Positions 47,968 through 57,202 are shown, counted from the first letter of the stretch. The stretch is 64,000 bases of DNA from Armatimonadota bacterium (GCA_046292385.1 JBKBRF010000012.1:64001-128000); one strand, 5' to 3'. Notes: generated from the sequence alone by a model not told the origin. Numbers and translations: made by a program.

Positions 47968-48720
47968 CTACGGTCGGCGTGTCGACACTGCCTTGAGATT
48001 TGGATGGTGCGAGCCGGCTGGCGAGGCGGAAGCGACCACCGAGACGCCTTGATCTACCAGCCCCAGGCGCAACCCGCAGAGGAAGAGGTCTCGTTGACCG
48101 TCCAAGCGGAGCTTTCGCCGGATTGCAGTGCGATGCGACTCCACCGTCCGCGGGCTCAGATAGAGTGTCTCCGCGATTCTGGCGGAAGTCCAACCCTGTA
48201 GCGCGAGCGCCATCACCTCCCGCTCCCGAGGGGATAGGCGCTGATACGCAGCGTGAAGCCACTCGCTGTCAAGTTCTGGGCGAACAGCCGGCGAAACGGC
48301 GTGTAGGGAGTCACCGCTCGCGGGCTCGTCGCCAGCCGCAGTGTCGCTGCGGATGAATCGCAGCAGCTGCGCCGATGCCACATCCATGGGAAGGCGAAGG
48401 AGCCGGGACGAGCAACGGGGGTCCGGCAGCACGGTCGCTGAAAGCGCCGGATCGAGCGCGAGAATCCGCGCGCAGGGCCGGAATTCGTGCAGTCGTCTGA
48501 CGTAACTCTCTTCGGGCTCCGGCAGTAGCCGGGTGTCCACGATAATCCCACTAGCGTTGCGCTCTCGCGCGAGTGACAGCAGAGTGCCCGCATCCTCCGC
48601 TTCCCCGGCCAGGAGAAACTCTCGCAAGAGCGAGCGCAGTCCCAAGCGCAGTAACTCCGACGCACTGGCGAGCAGCACGGATGGCAGCGCAGGTTTCGCA
48701 GGACACGGCGGTATGGCCAT
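47968..48720 (-). CDS. NarL/LuxR-family regulator with a degenerate receiver domain
   Basis: LSPREREVM.L..QG.TS..IAE.LYLSPRTVESHR..I.RKL. Confidence 0.85.
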   Translation of the reverse strand: MAIPPCPAKPALPSVLLASASELLRLGLRSLLREFLLAGEAEDAGTLLSLARERNASGIIVDTRLLPEPEESYVRRLHEFRPCARILALDPALSATVLPDPRCSSRLLRLPMDVASAQLLRFIRSDTAAGDEPASGDSLHAVSPAVRPELDSEWLHAAYQRLSPREREVMALALQGWTSARIAETLYLSPRTVESHRTAIRRKLRLDGQRDLFLCGLRLGLVDQGVSVVASASPAGSHHPNLKAVSTRRP

Positions 48721-48763
48721 CGGCTCGCTTCGGGAACGGAGTTCTCCCGCTCTCACCTGCTAA

Positions 48764-49546
48764 GTGTCAGGCGTGTTAGGAAGCTATCGCCCTCACCCAG
48801 AATTACATCCTTCGATTGAGGTCAGTACGCGCCGGTACGGATTTTTCATCGCGGCCGATAGTTCAAGCGCCCAGGAGGCACTCAAGGTACTAGAAGCACC
48901 TTACTCTGCCACTAGGGATTCACCCGACGGGCGAGGCAACCTCTTGATTGGCCTCCGGCGAAAACTAGAGCGGTTTCGGGAACCTGACCCTACGCCCGCA
49001 CCTCGCGAACCGCTGGGTGAAGAGGTCGCGGCACGCCTTCTGGATCTCGTCTATCGGTACGTGTCTCGGCGCGTCGTCAATCGAGAGGACGTGGCGGACC
49101 TCACGGGGGAGATCCTGCTCCACGTGACAGCCCAGTTCCCGAACTTCCGGGGTGAAGGCAGAATGGAAAGCTGGCTCTTTCGCATTGCCGAACGGAGGCT
49201 GTCACGGAGCCGGCGACGGATGCAGCGATGGGCATCCGTCGCGGTGGAGGCGCTCCTGCCGGAACACGAGGATACGGTGGCCGATCCGGCGGGCGAGGAT
49301 CCGGCCGCGATAGTGCAGCGCCGAGAGCGGATCTGTCATACCATCAGGGTGGTACAATCATTACCGCCCGACCAACGGGAAGCACTGTTGCTGATGTATG
49401 CAGAAGGTCTGTCGCAGGAGGAGATCGGCCAGGTGATGGGCCGCTCCACTGAGGCCGTCAACAGCCTGCTGCAGCGGGCGAGGAAGGCGGCTCGGAAGCT
49501 GGGTGGGAGTTACTACCTAACGGGGGAACCCGGAGGGCCTCGATGA
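48764..49546 (+). CDS. ECF sigma factor (start uncertain)
   Basis: VYRYV.RRV, FRGE....SWLFRIA, LPPDQREALLL.Y.EGLSQEEI..VMG. Confidence 0.88.
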   Translation: MSGVLGSYRPHPELHPSIEVSTRRYGFFIAADSSSAQEALKVLEAPYSATRDSPDGRGNLLIGLRRKLERFREPDPTPAPREPLGEEVAARLLDLVYRYVSRRVVNREDVADLTGEILLHVTAQFPNFRGEGRMESWLFRIAERRLSRSRRRMQRWASVAVEALLPEHEDTVADPAGEDPAAIVQRRERICHTIRVVQSLPPDQREALLLMYAEGLSQEEIGQVMGRSTEAVNSLLQRARKAARKLGGSYYLTGEPGGPR

Positions 49547-50391
49547 AGCACGAGGAGTCTCAACCCAGCGAGCGGCCGGACCGGGGAGCCCCCGGGGACC
49601 CGTGGGAGGCAGCGTTCGGCAATGCAGTCCGCGAAGCCTTTCCGGGTCGTTCCCCAGCCCCCGAAGAGAAGGCGCGGATTCTTCAGCGCGTGAGACAACG
49701 CGCCGCGCGTCGGTCCCAGCGCCGTGCCACCTGGCTCCCTCCGCTTCGCTTCCGGCTGTCCTTCGCTGCCGTCACCGCGCTGCTACTCATCCTCGCGTTC
49801 GTGGTGCTGCAGCCACGAGAAGTAGACGCTGGCTTGCTGGATCGCGTTGTAGCAGCGATGGCACAGTTCCGCTCCGGCCACCTGGTGTTTCTGCGGCTCA
49901 ACGACCAGGGCCAATGGGAGTACGAACGCCAGTTGTGGTACCGCGAAGGCTCCTGGCGGACAGAGATGGACGGGGATACCTGGATCTACACGCCCCGAGC
50001 GACCTGGCGACAGAAGCTGCCGGACCCACGCTGGGTGCGTCGTCCCGAGAAATCGAACTTCGGTCGTGACCTGAGTGGGTTAGCTCCCACCGTCCTGGGA
50101 GGCGACTTCGAGAAGTGGGGCCGGGAAACGCAAATCCGGTACCTAGAAGCTCCGGATGGTCCGCCCGGCTCCTTCCAGGTAGTCGTCGAGCCGGAAGGTG
50201 AGAAGGAGCGGATCCTGCTCGCCATCGATCAGGCCACGAGCGTCCCGCGCTACTTCGAATTCCACAGCCTGCGCGGAGGCCGGTGGCACATCACGCACCG
50301 CGTGCAGATCGAGCTCGGGCTGCCCTTGTCTCCCGCCCTATTCGCCCCGGGAGCTCCCGCTCCGGAGCAGTCCCCCGCACGCTTGGACTGA
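49543..50391 (+). CDS. Single-TM anti-sigma-like protein
   Basis: ATGA-coupled to the ECF gene; TM helix then a beta-rich extracytoplasmic domain. Confidence 0.65.
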   Translation: MKHEESQPSERPDRGAPGDPWEAAFGNAVREAFPGRSPAPEEKARILQRVRQRAARRSQRRATWLPPLRFRLSFAAVTALLLILAFVVLQPREVDAGLLDRVVAAMAQFRSGHLVFLRLNDQGQWEYERQLWYREGSWRTEMDGDTWIYTPRATWRQKLPDPRWVRRPEKSNFGRDLSGLAPTVLGGDFEKWGRETQIRYLEAPDGPPGSFQVVVEPEGEKERILLAIDQATSVPRYFEFHSLRGGRWHITHRVQIELGLPLSPALFAPGAPAPEQSPARLD

Positions 50392-50594
50392 TACCAGAAA
50401 CCAGGTCCCCTACCGCTCCTGCGGATCCCAGCCGGTCTTCGCCTCTACGGTGGCCGAGAACACGCCTACGATAGGTGTGCTCTCGGCCATCGTTGCTCAT
50501 GTCGGTGCCGAGCCGAGCGCCGCCAAGCTCGCACCAGCCCACTCCACTCCGCCTCCGGGTGGCCTACCTCACGGCCACCCGGAGGAGGAAACCG

Positions 50595-51170
50595 ATGGTT
50601 GTGGGTTCACCTGAGTGGCAGGTGGCACTGAGAGCTGCAAAGGATGGTTGTCGATACGGCGCCGAGCGTCTGGCGGCAGTTCTCCTGGTGTGGGCGTACC
50701 GAGAGCTTCGGAAAGGAAGCTGGCGGGAGCCTGAGGACATTGTGGGTGAGTTCGTGGCGAGGATGCTCCGCGAGCAGGCCCGGGATCTGCCGGATGGAGA
50801 TTGTCGACGCACGGAGGCCTACCTACGACGCGCGCTACGCAGGTTGCTCGTCGATCGCTGGCGAGAGCAGCGACGCTGGCGCGCGAATGAGTTGCTCCTC
50901 TCCGAGCTGTCGGCGGATGACGACTCGTCCTACCAACCCTGGACGATTGCCGAGGCCGATCCGCTCGACCAGGTTCTCCGCGCAGAGGAGCGTCAAACCC
51001 TCCAGCGAGCGCTGGAGCACCTGGCTGACCAGAACCGGATGCTGATCCGCTTGACCCTCGACGGCTGGACGCCGACGGAACTTGCCGGGCGGACCCGGTT
51101 GACGCCGAACACGGTCCGGCAGCGGCTCTGGTCGATCCGCCGCCAACTCCGACGTCTGCTCCAGGAGTAG
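50595..51170 (+). CDS. Second ECF sigma factor
   Basis: GGAGGAGG RBS; AYLRRALRR.LVDRWR; L....R.LI.L..DGW...ELA......NTVRQRL. Confidence 0.8.
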   Translation: MVVGSPEWQVALRAAKDGCRYGAERLAAVLLVWAYRELRKGSWREPEDIVGEFVARMLREQARDLPDGDCRRTEAYLRRALRRLLVDRWREQRRWRANELLLSELSADDDSSYQPWTIAEADPLDQVLRAEERQTLQRALEHLADQNRMLIRLTLDGWTPTELAGRTRLTPNTVRQRLWSIRRQLRRLLQE

Positions 51171-51310
51171 CGGCCGCGAGAGCTCGCGCCGGGGTAGCCG
51201 GAAAGGGCTCTCGGACAGAGCCTAACGCGGCCCCCTAAGGCTCCGTCTCTTCCCCCTGACGGTAGCCGCTTGGGAAACCTCCCGAGCGTTAGCTGACTGC
51301 CAGGGGGAAG

Positions 51311-52888
51311 ATGATGCAGACCGCGCGGAAGCGCAACACGACCAGGGCCCGATGGATCGGAGTGGAAGATGCGGTCCGCGTCGCCCTCGCCGGCGTGCTC
51401 CTCACCGCCGTCGTCGGGAAGCTCCTCGACTTCGACGGCTTTGTCCCGGTGGTGAACCGCCTGGAGCTGGTGCCCGCCACCTGGAGCGCGGCCGCCGCGG
51501 CACTCCTACTGGTCCTGGAAACCGTGGCCGCCACCCTGCTGCTGACCCGCAGCGCCGCGCTGGCGGGACCTCTACTCACCTTGCTCTTAGCTGGAGGCTT
51601 CACGCAGGTCACGCTTCGATTCCTGCTCGAAGGGCGGCCGAACACCTGTGGCTGCTTCGGGCTACTCCTGCAATTACCACCGCTCGCCGTGCTCCTGCTT
51701 GATCTCACTCTGGGGCTGGGGGCCTTCTTTCTGCTGCGAAAAGGGTGGCGCGCCCGCCGTGTGGCTCTCACTGCGCAGCCGGAGATCGGGAGTTCAGCAG
51801 GAGTCCCGTCGGGAGCTCCACTGAGTTCTTTCCGCTCCGGGACTCTTTGGTGCGGCTGCTATCTCCTGGTGATGGTCGCCGGGTTGCAGGCGGGCTTTCA
51901 CGCGCAGTGGCAGCATGCTGATGACGGCGAGACCCGGGAGATCAATCTCCGACTCGGCGATCGGGCGCCGCTGTTCCGTCTCCGAACGCTCGGCGGTCGA
52001 GTGATCACCCCGGCCTCTCTCGCCGGAGAACCGGCGCTCGTGGTGTTCGTCCAGGACGGCTGCACCCCCTGCGAAAGCGAGCTGCGGGAGTTGGCGACCC
52101 TCGCCTCCGAGTTGCGCGGCCACGTGCGCCCGCTGGTCGTGCTCACCGGTCGACCACTCTGGGGCAGTGCCGAAGCCGCGGCGCGCCGTTTCGCTCGCCG
52201 CCTCGCCCTTCCCTTCCCTGTGGCCTTGGATCCGGACCGCACGGCCCTAGGGCGTTACGCCGACCGCCCCGCGCGCACTCCCTTCAGTGTGCTGCTGAAC
52301 TCCGCGGGCCGCGTGAGCTATGTCCAGGATGGCCGTGAGAGCGGCGAGATGAGCCTGAAGCGGGATCTCCAGGCCCTCCTCGCTGATGAGCCGTATGGGG
52401 CGCCGGTTCTCGCCTCTCGTTCTCCGCACGTTGGCCGGCCCGCACCAGACGGGGTGCTCTCCGGCCCCGCCGGACCGGTGCGGCTCTCCACGCTCTGGCA
52501 GCAAGGCCCCCTGCTACTGACCTTCCTGCTCCCCGACTGCCCGGGTTGCCGAGAGCGGGTCGCGCTGCTAGAGCGTGCCGCCGGTGCCAACCAGGGTTTG
52601 CGGTCAATCTACGTCTACCCGAGTGCCGCGGCGGCGGCCGCCGCGCGAAGGAGGCTGCGGACTCAGGCAGTTGTGGCGAGCGATCCGAGCCGGGAGGTCC
52701 ACACTCGGTTCGCGGTGTGGAATGCCCCAACCTCCGTCCTAATCGAGCGCGGACGGATCCAGCTGGTCACCGGTGAGCGCGCCGGTGACCGGGAACTGCT
52801 GCGAGCTCTGCGCTCTGTGCCCTCGGCCGTGATCGGCCTTTCGACCACGGACCTCTCTGCCCGAAGGGCGAACGCGAAAGCCAGGTAA
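51311..52888 (+). CDS. MauE/DoxX-type membrane domain fused to two TlpA/AhpC-like thioredoxin domains
   Basis: TM helices with CGCFG; GDRAP.F.L..L.G...CTPC; G.PAPD..L...CPGC. Confidence 0.82.
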   Translation: MMQTARKRNTTRARWIGVEDAVRVALAGVLLTAVVGKLLDFDGFVPVVNRLELVPATWSAAAAALLLVLETVAATLLLTRSAALAGPLLTLLLAGGFTQVTLRFLLEGRPNTCGCFGLLLQLPPLAVLLLDLTLGLGAFFLLRKGWRARRVALTAQPEIGSSAGVPSGAPLSSFRSGTLWCGCYLLVMVAGLQAGFHAQWQHADDGETREINLRLGDRAPLFRLRTLGGRVITPASLAGEPALVVFVQDGCTPCESELRELATLASELRGHVRPLVVLTGRPLWGSAEAAARRFARRLALPFPVALDPDRTALGRYADRPARTPFSVLLNSAGRVSYVQDGRESGEMSLKRDLQALLADEPYGAPVLASRSPHVGRPAPDGVLSGPAGPVRLSTLWQQGPLLLTFLLPDCPGCRERVALLERAAGANQGLRSIYVYPSAAAAAAARRRLRTQAVVASDPSREVHTRFAVWNAPTSVLIERGRIQLVTGERAGDRELLRALRSVPSAVIGLSTTDLSARRANAKAR

Positions 52889-52892
52889 CTGA

Positions 52893-53282
52893 ATGCGAAA
52901 TCAATCCACTCTCCACTCCCGAGGCGAGCGCACGAGCCGTCCGTTACTGTGGCTCGTTCTCTCTCTCTTTCTCGCTGCCACCGGCCCCGGGACACTCGAG
53001 CTCGCCTGGGGGGATTCAGAAAACTACTGCCCGGGCTCTCCATGGAACTGCTATCCGCAGACCACCTGCGGAGAGCTGACGTGGTGCGAGACGACCGGCG
53101 GCGACTGGTGCAATACGACGTACGCCCACTACGCCAAGAAGAAGTACCTGATGGTGAAACGCTGCACGAATCTTTCCGGCGGAGAGCTCACCTGCACCTC
53201 TTGCGGCCCGAAGCAAGACAATGGCTGCTGTAAGGATCTGTCCGCAGAGCCGTCGTGCCCGAACGGGACACAGTGCCCGTAG
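52893..53282 (+). CDS. Secreted 12-Cys peptide
   Basis: Hydrophobic signal segment, then about 90 aa with 12 Cys and several Trp. Confidence 0.75.
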   Translation: MRNQSTLHSRGERTSRPLLWLVLSLFLAATGPGTLELAWGDSENYCPGSPWNCYPQTTCGELTWCETTGGDWCNTTYAHYAKKKYLMVKRCTNLSGGELTCTSCGPKQDNGCCKDLSAEPSCPNGTQCP

Positions 53283-53310
53283 CGGGAGACAGGCTGCACG
53301 GAGGCTTCTC

Positions 53311-54006
53311 ATGGTGTTCAAGTCGACTCTTCGTTGGATGTGTTCTCGGGAAACCCGGAGCGCCGCCCGGTCACGGCCCGGTTTTACCCTGCTGGAGGTG
53401 CTGGTCGTGTCGGGAGTCCTCCTGATTCTGTTGGGCCTATTGGTTCCCGTCGCCGCCAGCGCCCGCGCTCGCGCACAGGAAGGCGCATGCGCCGGGCAAC
53501 TTCGACAGATCGGAAAGGCTATGCGGCTCTATCTGGATGACCACGATGGGCTGCGGCCACCGCGGCTGACCGATCTGATCCCGAACCACTTGGCCGAGCG
53601 GCGCCTCCTGCAGTGCCCGCGAGATCCTTGGCTGGGCCGTGGCGGCTGGGCCTGGTCCGCCTGGGGACGCCTGACCACCCCACCCCAGCGGTGGCCGGCC
53701 CCTGTTTCTTACGGCTACTTCTGGAGCCCGCTCCCGCACGACCGCCTCTGGCGCGAGGCGCAACAGGCCCCGGGGCGACCCGGCTACCTCGTCTGCGTGC
53801 TGCATGGAGAGTCGGGCGAGAGCTCTCCTGACGGGGACGGAGAGGCGCCGTACTATCGCGGGCGCGTGCTGCGGCTCTGCTTCGACGGCAGTGTCGTCAC
53901 CCGCGAGTTCCCCGGCCGGGGCTTTAACGCCTGGCGGCTGATGACCGACCAGGCAGTTCCAGCGGCGCCACGTGCGGCCGGGACCAGGAGTGAGGGGATC
54001 AGATGA
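53311..54006 (+). CDS. Prepilin-type N-terminal cleavage/methylation domain protein
   Basis: GFTLLEVLVV...LL.P....AR..A....C...LRQIG.A..LY..D; CP.D; FDGSV. Confidence 0.88.
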   Translation: MVFKSTLRWMCSRETRSAARSRPGFTLLEVLVVSGVLLILLGLLVPVAASARARAQEGACAGQLRQIGKAMRLYLDDHDGLRPPRLTDLIPNHLAERRLLQCPRDPWLGRGGWAWSAWGRLTTPPQRWPAPVSYGYFWSPLPHDRLWREAQQAPGRPGYLVCVLHGESGESSPDGDGEAPYYRGRVLRLCFDGSVVTREFPGRGFNAWRLMTDQAVPAAPRAAGTRSEGIR

Positions 54007-54428
54007 CGACCGTACTACGAGTCGGGATGGGCTGCCTGCTGGGAGCGCTAGTGGGGATGGTGGGATTCGTGAGTGTGTCCGTGGTGTTCTTCGCGCTCGG
54101 GGTCTACTCCCATCACCAACTCACACTCGGCGCCGGCCTGGGTCTCATCTGGGGAGCGTTGGCAGGGCCCTGGAGTGTTTGGCGACGCCGCCCGCTTGCT
54201 CGGGGCGTGCTCGGGCCGGCGCTGGTGTCTGTCGGCGTCTTCACCGGGTATCTGCTTTGGCTGGGCTCGCAGCGCAGTGTCTTTACGTCCTGGGAGCAGT
54301 TCCGCAGCGGGCTTCTCGCGGGGAGCGCGTTCGTGCTCCTTGCGAGTGGGCTATCAGCGATGGCCTGCCTCCGGATCTGGGACTTACTCCCCTCGGACCT
54401 GGCGAACTCTTGGGAACCGCGAGGCTGA
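54003..54428 (+). CDS. Four-TM membrane protein
   Basis: ATGA coupling; four hydrophobic segments. Confidence 0.7.
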   Translation: MTTVLRVGMGCLLGALVGMVGFVSVSVVFFALGVYSHHQLTLGAGLGLIWGALAGPWSVWRRRPLARGVLGPALVSVGVFTGYLLWLGSQRSVFTSWEQFRSGLLAGSAFVLLASGLSAMACLRIWDLLPSDLANSWEPRG

Positions 54429-54682
54429 TCGTGACTCGAGGCCAGTCCAATACCTGGCGATGAGATCTCGGGCGGCGGGGACTGCTCCCCCGACTGGGCG
54501 CCGGCCACCGCTGATGTGCGGGCCGTACTCGAGGTGACGCTGTAATCGTGCGCCCGGACCGCTGAATCGTGCACCTGCCGCGCGATTCGGTGCACGATCC
54601 GCCGTACGAATGGCAGCGGCCCCGGCGGACACCCGGGGCCGCGATCGCGCCTCGTCACAAGCGCGGACAATACCCACGGCGA

Positions 54683-54700
54683 TTATGCCACGTGGCATAA
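54683..54700. repeat. 18-bp palindrome, copy 7
   Basis: 7 bp past the stop of the XRE-IrrE gene, at the right edge of the cargo block. Confidence 0.97.
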
Positions 54701-54707
54701 CCACCAG

Positions 54708-55802
54708 CTACAGCGCGTACCCTTGGCGAAGGAATGGCGAGACGTTCACCGGCGGCTGCTTTTCTGCCACTCTGATCTGCGGCGCAAGCTCCGCCAGATC
54801 AGAGTGGCGCATGTGCACCTGATCGGCGATCTCGCGAGGGCTCATTCCACGATCCGAAAGACGCGAGAAGATTTGCTCGTGAAGTCGGGACTCCTCCGCT
54901 GAAAAGGCATCATCCTCGGGCTCTTTGGTGCGCCAACCTCTGCGCGAGATCTCGATGCACGCGCTCTTATACTGCCACTCGGAGATGATCTCGAGATCAA
55001 AGGCTCGTCGGACGAGCGCTTGCACCGAAACGCCCCATCGCTTCTTCAGTTCCAAGAATTGTGAGAACACCACGTGTGATGCACACTCTTGTCGGAACTG
55101 ATCCGCCGGAAGCAGGAAGGCAGAGGCGAAACGATGGGCTTCCTGCTCAATCTCCCGGGACTGCAGCACTGGCGAGCTCCGATGGAGTACAAGGTGCCCC
55201 AGCTCGTGCGCTGCGTCAAATCGACCCCTGACTCCACAGGCCTTCGCGGCGTTCATCAGGACGTAAGGCTGACCGTCTCTCCAGAAGGACAGCGCATCCA
55301 GTGCGTCGCTTTGCTCCCGGGTCCAGTAAACATCCACCCCCTTCAACTCAAGAAGGTGCACCATATTCGGGATCGGTCCGAATCCTTGCTTCCAGTGACG
55401 GCGGAGGACTTCCGCCGCGAGTTCTGGCCCTTCATGGGAGAGGTCGGGTACGTCTGGAGACGGCAGGCGAAAGCAGTGGCGGAAGTGGGGGGAGAGAACG
55501 CCGCTGGCAATCTTTCCGCAAGCGAGCATTCTCTCCCTTACTGTGGCAGTGATACTTCGCGCAGATCGAAAGCTCACGGCCTTCTGGGGTATGGCATCAA
55601 TCTCTGCCTTATAGAAAAAGCTCGGCAGAAACTGCAGCCGAAACACCAGGCTGTTGATCACCTCTTCCGGAGGCTCGATGGCTCCCGACTCGTAATGGGT
55701 GATCATGGGGGCAGAGACCCCAACGAGGGATGCTAGGTCCCGTTTCGTCAGGCGACGGAACTGCCTCGCAATCGTCAGTCGCGATGCAGAGAATCCGCTC
55801 AA
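54708..55802 (-). CDS. XRE HTH fused to an ImmA/IrrE zinc peptidase
   Basis: RL..AR..R.LT...LA..VGVS...I..YESG; RFDAAHELGHLVLH; E.EA..FASAFLLP; LK.RWGVS. Confidence 0.92.
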   Translation of the reverse strand: MSGFSASRLTIARQFRRLTKRDLASLVGVSAPMITHYESGAIEPPEEVINSLVFRLQFLPSFFYKAEIDAIPQKAVSFRSARSITATVRERMLACGKIASGVLSPHFRHCFRLPSPDVPDLSHEGPELAAEVLRRHWKQGFGPIPNMVHLLELKGVDVYWTREQSDALDALSFWRDGQPYVLMNAAKACGVRGRFDAAHELGHLVLHRSSPVLQSREIEQEAHRFASAFLLPADQFRQECASHVVFSQFLELKKRWGVSVQALVRRAFDLEIISEWQYKSACIEISRRGWRTKEPEDDAFSAEESRLHEQIFSRLSDRGMSPREIADQVHMRHSDLAELAPQIRVAEKQPPVNVSPFLRQGYAL

Positions 55803-55817
55803 GTGAAACTCCTGGTT

Positions 55818-56462
55818 CTATTGAAGCCCCGGACCATCCTCGATAGAAGGTTCCGATGCAACTCCCTGGGGAAGGTTGTTCCCAATAGTGGGCGAGGGAA
55901 GTAACGATCCGGTGTAGATTGTTTCGATGTCTTGGGCAATCATAGCTGTGCCGTCCTTCTGGATCTCCTCCGGCACTACCAGATGAAGGGACAGTTGCTC
56001 CGCATCGTTCCGATCAGCGATCGCCCAAACCGTAAGTGGCCCTAATGAAGCCCGCTCTTCCGGAGTTTTGAAAAGTGAGAGCTGGCCAATGAGGCGCAGG
56101 TTCTTACGAACCAAGCCCTGCGAGACCGCACCCTTCTTGTTCATCGTGACTACGTTGCCGATGCGCTTTCCGTGGGCAAAGACGATTTGAACGGGGTTTG
56201 GGCCTGGGGTAGTTATCCGAGGCTGACCCTTAATCTCTTTGTAGCTGCAGCCATAACTAACGAGATGAAGCGCAGCCAAGTGCACCATCTCCGCATACGC
56301 CTGCGTGCCACGGTAGTTCGACGGGTGGTAGGTCTCGCGCTCTTCGAGCGCTGTCGTCTCACCGACGATCATGGCATCGCGAAGCATCGACACAATCGGC
56401 TCCGCGAGGACTACAGCTAAAGGACGATCCGGTTCCGGGCAGGGTTTGATGATACTCTTCAT
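55818..56462 (-). CDS. Hypothetical protein upstream of XRE-IrrE (toxin candidate)
   Basis: Co-oriented, 15-bp gap, lower GC, GGAGG RBS. Confidence 0.7.
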   Translation of the reverse strand: MKSIIKPCPEPDRPLAVVLAEPIVSMLRDAMIVGETTALEERETYHPSNYRGTQAYAEMVHLAALHLVSYGCSYKEIKGQPRITTPGPNPVQIVFAHGKRIGNVVTMNKKGAVSQGLVRKNLRLIGQLSLFKTPEERASLGPLTVWAIADRNDAEQLSLHLVVPEEIQKDGTAMIAQDIETIYTGSLLPSPTIGNNLPQGVASEPSIEDGPGLQ

Positions 56463-56622
56463 TGAAACCTCCGGCCTTGCGGCCTAACGCTTACTCACCA
56501 CCCAAGCGTAGCACTCAGGGCCGGAGACCGCCTACTTTTTCTGCAGAAAAATTAAATGGGCGGTCGTCCAGGCACGGATTCCCTCAATCCGGGGCGGGAG
56601 TGACCCCGCCCCGCCATCGTCG

Positions 56623-57126
56623 TCAGTCCCACAGCTCCCGGTCGCGGAGCGCCTGTGCCCGCCGCTCGTTCACCGCCGGCACCGTCGGGAACCCGGTGAC
56701 CGTCCCGCGGCCGAGGTGCGCCTCGACCACCGCGTGATGCTTGCAGAGGCACCCCGCCGGCCGGCAGCGGTAGACGTGATCCGGGCACGTGCAATCGTGG
56801 TGGAGCGCCACCTCATAGACCTCCCCACTCCCCAGGTTGCACACCCAGTGGAACCTGCCGCTGGGATCCGCCGCCACGAGGTAGCTGTCCGCCTGCTCCG
56901 CGCCGCGCGCGTCCCGCAGCGCCTGCTGCCGGGCGAGGATGCGCTCCCCGCTCGGATCGCTGGCGCTGGTGAACGTCACGAACGCCTGGCCGGCGCTCTT
57001 GCTCGGGTTGACCATCACCCCGTGGAAGCGCTCGTTCGCGCGCAGGCATCGAGCGAAGCGGAAGGCCGCGCTCTCGTCCATCGTCTTGCTGCGGAACTGG
57101 CCACCGTTGCGGGATAGAATGTCCAC
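56623..57126 (-). CDS. SWIM zinc-finger protein
   Basis: YEV....CTCPD.......CKH. Confidence 0.8.
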   Translation of the reverse strand: MDILSRNGGQFRSKTMDESAAFRFARCLRANERFHGVMVNPSKSAGQAFVTFTSASDPSGERILARQQALRDARGAEQADSYLVAADPSGRFHWVCNLGSGEVYEVALHHDCTCPDHVYRCRPAGCLCKHHAVVEAHLGRGTVTGFPTVPAVNERRAQALRDRELWD

Positions 57127-57202
57127 TGTGATCTCCTCGGAGGTCGGGGAAGGGCCGGTTTCTTCTTGGCGGGAGGGCCGGCCCTTCGTTGTCGCTATTC
57201 TG

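Noticed and set aside
51311..53282. True methylamine dehydrogenase (mau) operon
   Set aside because: No large subunit, MauG or amicyanin/cytochrome genes, and the peptide is not recognisably MauA
128..54700. Palindromes as a CRISPR array, Xer dif sites or a protelomerase site
   Set aside because: Copies are kilobases apart with no cas genes; CATAA/TTATG are arranged opposite to dif; no protelomerase is recognised and such a site would be single-copy
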